Positions 12,696 through 23,365 of a stretch of 64,000 nucleotides of DNA are shown in pieces. A program made the position numbers and the translations under genes. The stretch's first letter is position 1; each line of letters starts with the position of its first letter. Below the pieces are notes generated by a model. That model did no database searches. It was given only the letters and a program-made list of their open reading frames with translations, and was not told where the DNA came from. The stretch lies in NCBI RefSeq assembly GCF_988242995.1, contig NZ_OZ547043.1, one strand, 5' to 3'.

Positions 12696-14021
12696 TTATT
12701 TGACTAATGAAAATAGATCATTGAGTGATTCGCTCATCGACGGATGAGTAAATATCTGATCGCGTAATATGCTATAAGGCAGCCCGGCATCCATCACCAT
12801 TTTCACTATATTGATCATCTCGTGGGAGTCAACACACAGCAGTGATGCCCCTAATATACGTTGGGTTTTATTATCAACAATCGCTTTTAATACCCCACGG
12901 GTATCGTTCATCACTCTGGCGCGCGGAATTGCAGCTACAGGCAATGTCACCACCTGAATATCAGCACCACTCTCTCTGGCCTGTTCTTCTGTCATACCAA
13001 CCCTGGACAGGGGCGGTGTCATAAATACGGAATAAGGCACATTTTTCCGATCATCAGTACTACGTTTGCCTTCACCCAGTAACTCATCACGTACAATGCG
13101 GTAATCATCCAGTGAAATATAAGTAAATTGCAGCCCGCCGGTAACATCTCCCATCGCCCAAATATTGTCTGCGGTGGTATGTAATCGCTTGTCAACGACA
13201 ATTGCCCCGCGCTCGTTTACTGCGATACCGGCATTTTCTGGATGTAACGAAGCGGTAGCCGGTTGACGACCGGAAGCTATTAACAGTGCATCCACCGCCA
13301 GTTGGGCGTGCTCGCTATGCACTTGCACTTGATTTTCATGGTGACTGATTCGCTCCACATGGGCATTGAGGATAATATCGACGCCCTGATCGCGTAAAAT
13401 CGTCGCGATATTATCAGCAATATCCCGATCTTCCCGAGGCAAAAACAGCGAAGCTGCTTCTAAAATGGTTACCTTGCTGCCAAAATTAGCGAACATAGAG
13501 GCGAACTCAACGCCAATATATCCGCCGCCCAAAATACCTAAATGCCCAGGCAATTCTTTTAGATTAAGTAATCCGGTGCTGTCATATACTCCTGGCGTGG
13601 TGGTAATTCCAGGAATTGGCGGAACCACGGTTTGTGCACCGGTATTAATAAAAATTTTCTCGCCATGAATTTCCAGATTTCCCTCAGGCCGATGAACACG
13701 CAGGCTATGATTATTGATAAACTCCGCCTGGCCGTCGATCACGTCGATATTGGGCATATCCGCAAGATTATGAAAATTCTTATTACGTAAAAAATTAACC
13801 ACTTCATTTTTACGCTGTATGGCACGGACAAAATCTGTGTGCTGCTGTGCGTCATGAACCAATGTTTTGGTTGGGATGCAGCCGATATTAATACAGGTCC
13901 CGCCATACATTGCATTTGATTGTTCGATGAGAGCCACACGCCAACCTGCTTTTGCCAGCGTGACGGCTAATGTTTTTCCAGCCTTGCCAAAACCAATAAT
14001 AACTGCCTGATATTTATTCAT
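12696..14021 (-). CDS. rclA: pyridine nucleotide-disulfide oxidoreductase (FAD/NAD-binding)
   Basis: ORF 12696..14048; GFGKAG dinucleotide motif and GGTCINIGCIPTK redox-active CxxxxC motif; start set to MNKYQAVIIG. Confidence 0.85.
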   Translation of the reverse strand: MNKYQAVIIGFGKAGKTLAVTLAKAGWRVALIEQSNAMYGGTCINIGCIPTKTLVHDAQQHTDFVRAIQRKNEVVNFLRNKNFHNLADMPNIDVIDGQAEFINNHSLRVHRPEGNLEIHGEKIFINTGAQTVVPPIPGITTTPGVYDSTGLLNLKELPGHLGILGGGYIGVEFASMFANFGSKVTILEAASLFLPREDRDIADNIATILRDQGVDIILNAHVERISHHENQVQVHSEHAQLAVDALLIASGRQPATASLHPENAGIAVNERGAIVVDKRLHTTADNIWAMGDVTGGLQFTYISLDDYRIVRDELLGEGKRSTDDRKNVPYSVFMTPPLSRVGMTEEQARESGADIQVVTLPVAAIPRARVMNDTRGVLKAIVDNKTQRILGASLLCVDSHEMINIVKMVMDAGLPYSILRDQIFTHPSMSESLNDLFSLVK

Positions 14022-14247
14022 GATGATTTCCTGTCGAAACGCGTTCATTTGACATCATGACTATAGACGCAAAAGAGCAAATAACATTTCTTCACAACGC
14101 TTGATATTTTGTCTTATCGTCTGGTATTTTCTTTTTCATAATCAGAATCACAAAACAAAAATCATGATTAACCATTTGATGGTATTAGATTAATTATTGA
14201 CTAAGATTGTTGGTGTTTGTAATCAAAAAACTACTCAGGAGTCTGAT

Positions 14248-15102
14248 ATGGATGCTCTTAGCCGTTTGTTGATGCTTAACGCTCCACAAGGAACGATCGA
14301 TAAGAATTGCGTGTTAGGAAGTGACTGGCAACTTCCACATGGTGCCGGGGAATTGTCGGTTATTCGTTGGCATGCGTTAACGCAAGGAGCGGCGAAGCTG
14401 GAAATGCCGACGGGAGAGATTTTTACATTACGCCCGGGAAATGTGGTCCTGCTACCACAAAATTCAGCTCATCGCCTGAGTCATGTCGATAATGAATCGA
14501 CCTGTATTGTCTGTGGCACTCTTCGGCTGCAACATTCGGCGCGTTATTTTTTAACGTCTTTGCCGGAAACGCTGTTTGTAGCACCAGTGAACCATAGCGT
14601 GGAATATAACTGGCTGAGGGAGGCGATCCCGTTTTTACAACAGGAATCCAGATCGGCAATGCCGGGAGTGGATGCTCTGTGTAGCCAGATCTGCGCTACA
14701 TTCTTTACCCTCGCGGTGCGTGAGTGGATTGCACAGGTTAATACTGAGAAAAACATTCTCAGTTTGCTTCTGCATCCACGTCTTGGTGCGGTAATACAGC
14801 AAATGCTGGAAATGCCAGGACACGCCTGGACCGTCGAATCGCTGGCCAGCATCGCCCACATGTCCCGGGCAAGTTTTGCCCAGCTTTTCCGTGATGTTTC
14901 CGGAACCACGCCGCTAGCTGTATTAACAAAGTTGCGTCTACAAATAGCGGCCCAGATGTTTTCCCGGGAAATGCTCCCTGTTGTGGTGATCGCTGTGTCA
15001 GTAGGCTATGCCAGTGAATCATCTTTTCACAAGGCGTTTGTCCGCGAGTTTGGTTGTACCCCGGGAGAATATCGGGAAAGGGTCAGACAGCTTGCACCCT
15101 GA
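14248..15102 (+). CDS. rclR: AraC-family redox-sensing activator, divergent from rclABC
   Basis: ORF 14197..15102; C-terminal AraC HTH (SESSFHKAFVREFGCTPGEYR); start set to MDALSRLL. Confidence 0.8.
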   Translation: MDALSRLLMLNAPQGTIDKNCVLGSDWQLPHGAGELSVIRWHALTQGAAKLEMPTGEIFTLRPGNVVLLPQNSAHRLSHVDNESTCIVCGTLRLQHSARYFLTSLPETLFVAPVNHSVEYNWLREAIPFLQQESRSAMPGVDALCSQICATFFTLAVREWIAQVNTEKNILSLLLHPRLGAVIQQMLEMPGHAWTVESLASIAHMSRASFAQLFRDVSGTTPLAVLTKLRLQIAAQMFSREMLPVVVIAVSVGYASESSFHKAFVREFGCTPGEYRERVRQLAP

Positions 15103-15628
15103 ATAAAACCGCCAGAAATCAGGGCAAAGATAATCCGCATTCCGGGAGTTGTGAGCCTTTCAACTATTTCTATTTCCAACGGTGGTTTGGGCTTTATATA
15201 TTTTTTCTGATGGACTCTAGCTCAGTTTTTAAATAAAAATGCAAACTAAATTGCTTCAATTAAATAAAATGCCGATTATTACTTGATACGTAATTATTGT
15301 TGGTGATTTTGTTTGTACACCATCAGTGTATATCTCAATAACCCCTGAATAAGTAGCACTGAATAGGTATAAGGGATGTAGCCTTTTTAAATGGATTTCT
15401 TATGCCAAAAATGATCGTCGATTTCCCTATAAAATGTGAGCGATGCCGAAAGAAATAAAATTAGTTATTGCATTTGAAGTTTGGATGAAAGATTATCATT
15501 TGTCATACAAATGAGGGGTGGTATGTTGCTAGCCAATTAAAAAAGAACGCCATATTTATTGATGATTGATCCCCCGGAAGGGGGGAACCATCGGGCATAA
15601 ATGGGCATGAAGTAATGGAGTATTAGTT

Positions 15629-16348
15629 GTGAATGTCAATTTCTTTGTCACCTGTATTGGTGACGCCCTGAAATCAAGAATGGCACGAGACTCCGTGCTG
15701 CTACTGGAAAAACTCGGCTGTCGCGTAAATTTCCCGGAGAAACAGGGATGCTGCGGTCAGCCTGCGATCAATAGTGGTTATATCAAAGAAGCGATTCCAG
15801 GGATGAAAAATCTGATCGCCGCACTGGAGGATAACGACGATCCCATTATTTCACCGGCTGGCTCTTGCACCTATGCCGTAAAAAGTTACCCGACGTATCT
15901 GGCGGATGAACCTGAATGGGCATCACGTGCCGAAAAGGTAGCCGCGCGTATGCAGGATCTCACCTCTTTTATTGTTAATACATTAGGGGTAGTCGATGTA
16001 GGTGCCAGTTTGCAAGGGAGAGCGGTGTATCACCCATCTTGTAGCCTGGCCCGTAAGCTGGGGGTGAAGGACGAGCCACTTATGCTGCTGAAAAATGTGC
16101 GTGGACTGGAGCTGTTGACCTTTGCTGAACAGGATACCTGCTGCGGATTTGGCGGCACGTTCTCGGTCAAAATGGCCGAAATATCCGGCGAGATGGTGAA
16201 AGAAAAGGTTGCGCACCTGATGGAAGTCCGCCCTGAGTATTTAATTAGTGCTGACGTGAGTTGCCTGCTGAACATCAGTGGGCGATTACAACGGGAAGGG
16301 CAGAAAGTCAAAGTAATGCATATTGCTGAAGTGCTGATGAGCCGCTGA
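15629..16348 (+). CDS. ykgE: LutA-like cysteine-rich (CCG-domain) Fe-S oxidoreductase subunit
   Basis: 239 aa, GTG start, MNVNFFVTCIGD..., paired CCG motifs. Confidence 0.8.
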   Translation: MNVNFFVTCIGDALKSRMARDSVLLLEKLGCRVNFPEKQGCCGQPAINSGYIKEAIPGMKNLIAALEDNDDPIISPAGSCTYAVKSYPTYLADEPEWASRAEKVAARMQDLTSFIVNTLGVVDVGASLQGRAVYHPSCSLARKLGVKDEPLMLLKNVRGLELLTFAEQDTCCGFGGTFSVKMAEISGEMVKEKVAHLMEVRPEYLISADVSCLLNISGRLQREGQKVKVMHIAEVLMSR

Positions 16349-16358
16349 GGATATAAAG

Positions 16359-17786
16359 ATGTCGATCAAAACCAGTAATACAGATTTTAAGACACGCATC
16401 CGTCAGCAAATTGAAGATCCTATCATGCGCAAAGCGGTGGCAAACGCGCAGCAGCGTATCGGGGCAAATCGGCAAAAAATGGTCGATGAATTGGGGCACT
16501 GGGAGGAGTGGCGCGATCGGGCCGCCCAGATACGTGATCATGTTCTGAGTAATCTCGACGCTTATCTGTACCAGCTCTCAGAAAAAGTGACGCAAAACGG
16601 CGGTCACGTCTATTTTGCAAAAACCAAAGAAGACGCTACCCGCTACATTTTACAGGTTGCCCAACGCAAAAATGCCCGGAAGGTGGTGAAATCTAAATCG
16701 ATGGTGACCGAAGAGATTGGTGTCAATCATGTGTTGCAGGATGCTGGCATTCAGGTGATTGAAACCGATCTGGGTGAATATATTCTCCAGCTGGATCAAG
16801 ATCCGCCCTCTCATGTTGTGGTCCCGGCAATTCATAAAGATCGCCATCAGATCCGTCGAGTGCTACACGAACGTCTGGGCTATGAGGGGCCGGAAACGCC
16901 TGAAGCGATGACCTTATTCATTCGGCAAAAAATCCGCGAAGATTTCCTCAGTGCTGAAATAGGTATTACCGGCTGTAATTTCGCGGTGGCAGAGACCGGT
17001 TCGGTATGCCTGGTGACCAATGAAGGTAATGCGCGAATGTGTACCACGCTGCCTAAAACGCATATTGCAGTGATGGGAATGGAGCGTATTGCTCCCACGT
17101 TTGCAGAGGTAGATGTATTGATCACCATGCTGGCGCGCAGTGCCGTTGGTGCACGTTTGACGGGATACAACACCTGGCTGACAGGACCACGCGAAGCGGG
17201 GCACGTTGATGGTCCTGAAGAGTTTCATCTGGTTATTGTCGATAACGGGCGTTCTGAGGTGCTGGCCTCTGAATTTCGGGATGTGCTGCGCTGTATTCGC
17301 TGCGGGGCTTGTATGAATACTTGTCCGGCATATCGCCATATTGGCGGTCATGGATATGGCTCTATTTATCCAGGGCCAATTGGTGCGGTGATTTCTCCGC
17401 TACTTGGCGGCTATAAAGATTTTAAAGATTTACCCTACGCCTGCTCTTTATGCACTGCTTGTGACAACGTGTGTCCGGTGCGTATTCCGCTATCAAAACT
17501 GATTTTGCGTCATCGTCGGGTGATGGCTGAAAAAGGGATCACCGCAAAAGCAGAGCAACGGGCGATAAAAATGTTCGCTTATGCCAATAGTCATCCAGGA
17601 TTGTGGAAAGTCGGGATGATGGCCGGTGCTCATGCGGCAAGCTGGTTTATCAATGGCGGCAAAACACCACTCAAATTTGGCGCGATTAGCGACTGGATGG
17701 AAGCACGCGATCTTCCTGAAGCTGACGGAGAGAGTTTCCGTAGTTGGTTTAAGAAACATCAGGCGCAGGAGAAAAAGAATGGATAA
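16359..17786 (+). CDS. ykgF: LutB-like iron-sulfur protein (4Fe-4S ferredoxin motifs)
   Basis: 475 aa; CIRCGACMNTCP and CSLCTACDNVCP ferredoxin-type motifs. Confidence 0.85.
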   Translation: MSIKTSNTDFKTRIRQQIEDPIMRKAVANAQQRIGANRQKMVDELGHWEEWRDRAAQIRDHVLSNLDAYLYQLSEKVTQNGGHVYFAKTKEDATRYILQVAQRKNARKVVKSKSMVTEEIGVNHVLQDAGIQVIETDLGEYILQLDQDPPSHVVVPAIHKDRHQIRRVLHERLGYEGPETPEAMTLFIRQKIREDFLSAEIGITGCNFAVAETGSVCLVTNEGNARMCTTLPKTHIAVMGMERIAPTFAEVDVLITMLARSAVGARLTGYNTWLTGPREAGHVDGPEEFHLVIVDNGRSEVLASEFRDVLRCIRCGACMNTCPAYRHIGGHGYGSIYPGPIGAVISPLLGGYKDFKDLPYACSLCTACDNVCPVRIPLSKLILRHRRVMAEKGITAKAEQRAIKMFAYANSHPGLWKVGMMAGAHAASWFINGGKTPLKFGAISDWMEARDLPEADGESFRSWFKKHQAQEKKNG

Positions 17787-18474
17787 TCGGAGCGAATTTT
17801 TGAATAACGTTGCTCAGGCACTGGGTCGCCCGCTGCGACTTGAACCGCAAGCAGAAGATGCGCCGCTTAACAACTATGCTAACGAGCGGCTTACCGAACT
17901 TAACCAAAAGCAGCGCTGTGACGCGTTTATTCAGTTTGCCAGCGATGTTATGTTGACGCGCTGTGAGCTGACCAGCGAGGCGAAGGCGGCAGAAGCTGCA
18001 ATACGTCTGTGTAAAGAGCTGGGAGATCAGTCGGTCGTGATTAGCGGTGACACGAGGCTGGAGGAATTGGGGATTAGCGAACGTTTGCAGCAGGAATGCA
18101 ATGCCGTTGTTTGGGATCCGGCGAAAGGTGCCGAGAATATCTCGCAGGCAGAGCAGGCTAAAGTGGGTGTCGTGTATGCTGAATATGGTTTAACCGAATC
18201 GGGAGGCGTGGTTCTTTTTTCCGCCGCCGGGCGCGGGCGTTCATTGAGCCTGCTCCCGGAATCTTCTCTTTTTATCCTGCGTAAAAGCACAATCCTACCG
18301 CGTGTAGCGCAACTTGCAGAAAAATTGCATCAGAAAGCGCAGGCCGGTGAACGAATGCCGTCATGTATTAACATCATCAGTGGTCCCAGTTCAACGGCGG
18401 ACATTGAGCTTATCAAAGTCGTCGGGGTTCATGGTCCGGTGAAAGCGGTGTATCTGATTATTGAGGATTGCTGA
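17779..18474 (+). CDS. ykgG: LutC-like protein
   Basis: ORF 17626..18474; start set to MDNRSEFLNN (ATG 17779), overlapping the ykgF stop. Confidence 0.8.
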   Translation: MDNRSEFLNNVAQALGRPLRLEPQAEDAPLNNYANERLTELNQKQRCDAFIQFASDVMLTRCELTSEAKAAEAAIRLCKELGDQSVVISGDTRLEELGISERLQQECNAVVWDPAKGAENISQAEQAKVGVVYAEYGLTESGGVVLFSAAGRGRSLSLLPESSLFILRKSTILPRVAQLAEKLHQKAQAGERMPSCINIISGPSSTADIELIKVVGVHGPVKAVYLIIEDC

Positions 18475-18716
18475 GAGAGATATGAAGTCTGGACATAAAC
18501 CTGAAGGCGGTGTACGAGGTTGTGAATAGCGTTAAGGACAACCTGACTTAACCCCGTTCCGTCATGGTTATGCTCCTCTTCTGTAAATATCCTGGCATTA
18601 CTAATGCCAGGATATTTAAAGTGAAAAAGACAGGCATCCATTCCTGAAAACGGGTTCCCTTCCCGGTCATTGTCACTATAGTTTTATACAGGCACTCTCT
18701 GTCAGAATGCTGTTTA

Positions 18717-18914
18717 TTACTGCCCAGAGTTTTGTTGGTATTCATCTACCATTTTTTTGACAAGGCAAAACATTACAGAAATCACAATGCTTAGAAAAAA
18801 TCCCAGAGCCAGGCAAATGGTAGCAGGGTATTTATTTTTTATTTCTGGTGAGCTTATAGTGACACAGCCATCACCGTTCGGATACAATGACCAGTTCCTG
18901 GTCAGGTATATCAT
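18717..18914 (-). CDS. small membrane ORF overlapping the ykgH stop (separate coupled gene or 3' part of frameshifted ykgH)
   Basis: 65-aa ORF, TM helix ATICLALGFFLSIVISVMFCLV, ATGA start/stop overlap with upstream ORF. Confidence 0.35.
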   Translation of the reverse strand: MIYLTRNWSLYPNGDGCVTISSPEIKNKYPATICLALGFFLSIVISVMFCLVKKMVDEYQQNSGQ

Positions 18915-19267
18915 TTTTGTACAGCAGTTGGTAAATCTCTCTTATCTCCTGACCATTCCAGTTTTATTTCTCTGTTCTTGACATCTGGGCTGGTGTGAAA
19001 AAATGTAGTAATTCGCTGAATAACATCTTCAGTCATTGTGGTCTGACAGGCAAAGTTATTATTGCTATCACAGCTAACAAGTATGCCTGGTGTTGTTTGG
19101 TTTATTTTTAGACTGTAAGTCACTTTTATATTATCTTTATTGATATACAGAAACAACAGCACCATTGCCATACAGATAGCTATAATAAAAAGGATAACAC
19201 GAATCTTTTTCTTCAGATAAAATAAAATCTCAATCAGATCGATATCCTGTTTGATTTGTTCACTCAT
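18911..19267 (-). CDS. ykgH: membrane protein (ykgH-like), possibly the 5' part of a frameshifted gene
   Basis: 118-aa ORF with one TM helix (VILFIIAICMAMVLLFLYI); stop TGA overlaps the next ATG in an ATGA junction beside an A5 run. Confidence 0.5.
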   Translation of the reverse strand: MSEQIKQDIDLIEILFYLKKKIRVILFIIAICMAMVLLFLYINKDNIKVTYSLKINQTTPGILVSCDSNNNFACQTTMTEDVIQRITTFFHTSPDVKNREIKLEWSGDKRDLPTAVQK

Positions 19268-19479
19268 AATATATCCAGAAAATAAAATCTGTCGCAGATA
19301 AGATTGTATTAATAGTCTGTATCAGGAATGTTCAGGGTAAATATCAGCAAAAAGCCAGCATCATGAATACTGGATATGAAGCATGAGAGTTACCTCAGTG
19401 TTTTATATAAGGATTCGGTCCTCATAGTAGAACGGTAACTCTCAATCTGATAGGTTCCTGAGTCAGTTCACATCACGAC

Positions 19480-21150
19480 TCATTTTTTCGCTCTCACCGG
19501 CATCCCATTTGCCACATAATATCCCGCCGTGCTCCTCGGCAACGCATCCTTCCCGCGAATCATATCCGCCATTTTCTCGCCAATCATAATAGTCGTGGCG
19601 TTCAAATTGCCGGTGATAATCTGCGGCATAATTGACGCATCTACCACGCGCAGGCCTTCCAGCCCGTGTACGCGGCCTTCGGCGTCAACCACTGCCATCT
19701 CGTCATAACCCATTTTGCAGGTACCGCACGGGTGGAAGGCGGTTTCGGCGTGGTTACGCACGAACTCATCGAGCTGCTCATCCGTCTGGCATTCGACACC
19801 GGGGCTGATTTCGCGGCCACGATACTGATCCAGCGCCGGTTGATGCATGATCTCCCGGGTGATGCGAATTGCGTCGCGGAACTCCTGCCAGTCCTGCTCG
19901 TGCGACATGTAGTTAAACAGAATCGCTGGATGCTGGTGCGGGTCGCGGGATTTAATCCGCACATGCCCACGGCTTGGCGAGCGCATCGATCCGACGTGGC
20001 ACTGGAAGCCGTGCTCTTTCACTGCGTTCGAGCCGTTATAGTTAATCGCCACTGGCAGGAAATGGTACTGAATATTCGGCCACGCAAATTCCTCACGGCT
20101 GCGAATAAATCCGCCTGCTTCAAAGTGGTTGCTGGCACCAACGCCGGTGCCGCCAAACAGCCACTCCGCACCGATTTTCGGCTGATTCCACCACTGCAGG
20201 GCAGGGTAGAGGGAAACCGGTTCTTTGCACTCATATTGCAGGTACATCTCCAGGTGATCCTGAAGATTTTCGCCGACGCCGGGTAAATCATGCACCAGCG
20301 GAATATCAAACTCCGCCAGCAGTTCAGCGCTACCCACGCCGGAACGTTGCAGGATCTGCGGAGAGGCGATCGCACCTGCACATAACAGCACCTCTTTATT
20401 CGCTGTCGCGCGGGTTGGAATGGTGCTGTCGCCTTCCAGCCACTCGACGCCCACCGCGCGTTTGCCGTCAAAAATGATGTGATCGGTCATGGCGTGAGTA
20501 CGAATGGTCAGGTTAGGGCGCGATTTGGCCTGATCGAGATAGCTACGCGCGGTGCTGGCGCGACGGCCATGCGGCGTGACGGTGCGATCCATCGGGCCAA
20601 AACCTTCCTGCTGATAGCCGTTGAGATCGTCCGTGCGCGGGTAGCCTGCCTGCACGCCCGCTTCAATCATCGCTTCAAACAGCGGATTGACGCCGGGTTT
20701 GGAGGTAGTGACGCTCACCGGGCCATCGCCACCGTGGTAGTCGTTCTCGCCTACATCGCGAGTCTCGGCCTTGCGGTAGTAGGGCAGGCAGTCGAGATAA
20801 CTCCAGTTCTCCAGACCGGGTTCTTGCGCCCAGTTATCGAGATCCAGCGCATTGCCACGGATGTAGCACATGCCGTTGATCAGTGATGACCCGCCAAGCC
20901 CCTTACCGCGTCCGCACTCCATGCGACGGTTGTTCATAAACGGTTCCGGTTCCGTCTCATAGGCCCAGTTATAGCGTTTACCCTGTAGCGGGAATGCCAG
21001 CGCGGCGGGCATCTGGGTGCGGAAGTCAAAGCGATAGTCCGGGCCGCCTGCTTCAAGCAGCAGCACGGTTGTGTTCGGATCTTCAGTCAGACGGGTAGCG
21101 AGAACGTTGCCGGCTGAGCCGGCACCAATAATGATGTAGTCAAATTGCAA
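19480..21150 (-). CDS. betA: choline dehydrogenase (GMC oxidoreductase)
   Basis: ORF 19480..21195; [15 protein letters not shown] motif; GGAGG then TTG at 21150-21148 gives 556 aa. Confidence 0.9.
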   Translation of the reverse strand: MQFDYIIIGAGSAGNVLATRLTEDPNTTVLLLEAGGPDYRFDFRTQMPAALAFPLQGKRYNWAYETEPEPFMNNRRMECGRGKGLGGSSLINGMCYIRGNALDLDNWAQEPGLENWSYLDCLPYYRKAETRDVGENDYHGGDGPVSVTTSKPGVNPLFEAMIEAGVQAGYPRTDDLNGYQQEGFGPMDRTVTPHGRRASTARSYLDQAKSRPNLTIRTHAMTDHIIFDGKRAVGVEWLEGDSTIPTRATANKEVLLCAGAIASPQILQRSGVGSAELLAEFDIPLVHDLPGVGENLQDHLEMYLQYECKEPVSLYPALQWWNQPKIGAEWLFGGTGVGASNHFEAGGFIRSREEFAWPNIQYHFLPVAINYNGSNAVKEHGFQCHVGSMRSPSRGHVRIKSRDPHQHPAILFNYMSHEQDWQEFRDAIRITREIMHQPALDQYRGREISPGVECQTDEQLDEFVRNHAETAFHPCGTCKMGYDEMAVVDAEGRVHGLEGLRVVDASIMPQIITGNLNATTIMIGEKMADMIRGKDALPRSTAGYYVANGMPVRAKK

Positions 21151-21163
21151 ATAAACCTCCTGG

Positions 21164-22636
21164 TTAGAATATGGACTGGAATTTAGCCATCTCAACCTGG
21201 ATGGACTTCACCTGGGTGTAACTCTGGAGCGTCATCACGCCGTTCTCGCGACCAATGCCGGAGTGTTTGTAGCCGCCAACGGGCATCTCAGCAGGGGATT
21301 CGCCCCAGGTGTTGATCCAGCAAATACCCGCTTCCAGCTGATGAATGACGCGATGCGCGCGGTTCAGGTCCGCCGTCACGATGCCCGCCGCCAGGCCGTA
21401 GTCGGTATCATTGGCGCGGCGAATCACTTCGTCCTCAGATTCATAAGTGAGAAGCGACATCACCGGACCGAAGATCTCTTCGCGCACGATGGTCATTTCG
21501 TCGCGGCAATCGGTGAACACGGTCGGTGCAACCCATGCGCCGTTATCGAAGCCATCGCCTTTCAGTACATCGCCGCCGCACAGTACGCGCGCGCCTTCCT
21601 CTTTGCCTTTGGCGATGTAACGCAGCACGTTATCGCGATGCGGGAAGCTGACCAGCGGGCCAAAGTTAGTTTGCGGATCGAAAACGTCGCCCGCGCGAAT
21701 GCGCTCAACGCGCGCCAGAATCTTTTGTTCAAATGCGGCTTTGCATTTCGCCGGAACGAAGACGCGGGTGCCGTTGGTACACACCTGACCGGAGCTGAAG
21801 AAGTTCGCCATCATGGCGATATCAGCGGCGAGATCGAGATCTGCATCGTCGAAAACGATCAGCGGCGATTTACCGCCCAGCTCCATGGTCACTTCTTTCA
21901 GGGAGGAAGCTGCCGAGTTAGCCATCACTTTTTTGCCGCTGGCGACACCGCCGGTAAATGACACTTTGGCAATGCCCGGATGATCGGTCAGATATTGCCC
22001 GGTCTCCGCGCCCACGCCCGGCAACACGTTAAATACACCGTCCGGCAGGCCCGCTTCGCTGTAAATTTCAGCCAGCTTTAACGCGGTAAGCGGGGTGACT
22101 TCGCTCGGTTTGAAGATCATTGCATTGCCTGCCGCCAGCGCCGGGGCGGATTTCCACAGGGCAATCTGGATCGGGTAGTTCCATGCGCCAATCCCTGCCA
22201 CTACGCCCAGCGGTTCGCGGCGGGTATAGACAAATGACGTCTCACGCAATGGGATCTGGCTGCCTTCCAGCGACGGGATCAGCCCGGCGTAGTACTCGAG
22301 CACGTCCGCGCCGGTAACGATATCGACGGTTGAGGTTTCCGAATACGCTTTTCCGGTGTCGAGGGTTTCCAGTTTTGCGAGTTCGTTATTGCGTTCACGC
22401 AGAATATCAACGGCCCGACGCAGAATACGCGAGCGTTCCATAGCGGTCATCGCCGCCCAGATTTTTTGCCCCTGTTGGGCACTCTTCACGGCGCGATCGA
22501 CATCCTCACGCCCGGCGGCCTGCACGGTCGCCAGCACGTTACCGTTGGCCGGGTTAATGGTCTCGAAGGTGCGACCGCTGGTGGCGGAGGTATAACCACC
22601 ATGTATATAAAGCTGCTGTTCTGCCATTCGGGACAT
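21164..22636 (-). CDS. betB: betaine aldehyde dehydrogenase
   Basis: ORF 21164..22639; [15 protein letters not shown]...; aldehyde dehydrogenase family. Confidence 0.9.
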
Positions 22637-22649
22637 CACGTCTCCTCGG

Positions 22650-23237
22650 TTAATCGGTGGGTAAATGCTGAGTAATAAAGTGACGGGTCAGCGAGTGTGC
22701 GAGAGGTTTATCCAGCGGTTTGCCGCTCAGTGCCGCGCGCAGCCATAATCCGTCAATCAGCGCGGCAAGGCCGTAGCCCGCTTCCTGTGCCTGTTGGCGC
22801 GGTAACTCGCGGTGAAATTCGCTCACCAGATTCGACAACAAGCGGCGGCTGCTCACCTGCTGCAAACGGTAAAGCATCGGCTGATGCATACTGCTGGCCC
22901 AAAACGCCAACCAGGCTTTCATCGCAGCATTACTGACCTGCGATTCATCGAAATTCCCGTCAACAATCGCCTGTAATCGCTGCTCTGCACTGCCCTGCGG
23001 AAGAGCATGTAATCGATTCAAAACCGCGTCACGCAGCTGACTGGTGATATCGCGCATGGTTGCTTCCAGCAGACCATTTTTGTCCCTGAAATAGTGGCTG
23101 ATGATCCCCGTAGAAACGCCTGCACGGCGGGCGATCTGCGCGATCGTTGCATCGTGCATGCCCACTTCATTTATTGCTTCCAGCGTGGCGTCGATCAGTT
23201 GTCTGCGCCGGATCGACTGCATCCCCAATTTGGGCAT
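22650..23237 (-). CDS. betI: TetR-family repressor of bet genes
   Basis: ORF 22650..23255; start set to [22 protein letters not shown]; TetR HTH ([21 protein letters not shown]). Confidence 0.9.
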
Positions 23238-23365
23238 TTTCGCCACTCCATTCATCAGCGTTGTTTATCTATTAAAGCGGTTATTGATTGGACGTTCAAT
23301 ATAAAATGTGTCTTAATTGTTACGAATTTGATTTTAAATGGTAACAATAACAGTGGGGATACTGG

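Noticed and set aside
15570-15590. cccccggaagggggg hairpin upstream of ykgE
   Set aside because: Isolated G/C hairpin within a promoter region; cannot assign function from sequence alone.
21263-21961. 232-aa plus-strand ORF overlapping betB, and similar antisense ORFs within betA, prpR, prpC/D/E, yahF/G, codA and lacZ
   Set aside because: Antisense to strongly supported genes; Ala/Arg-rich translations typical of GC-rich antisense frames.
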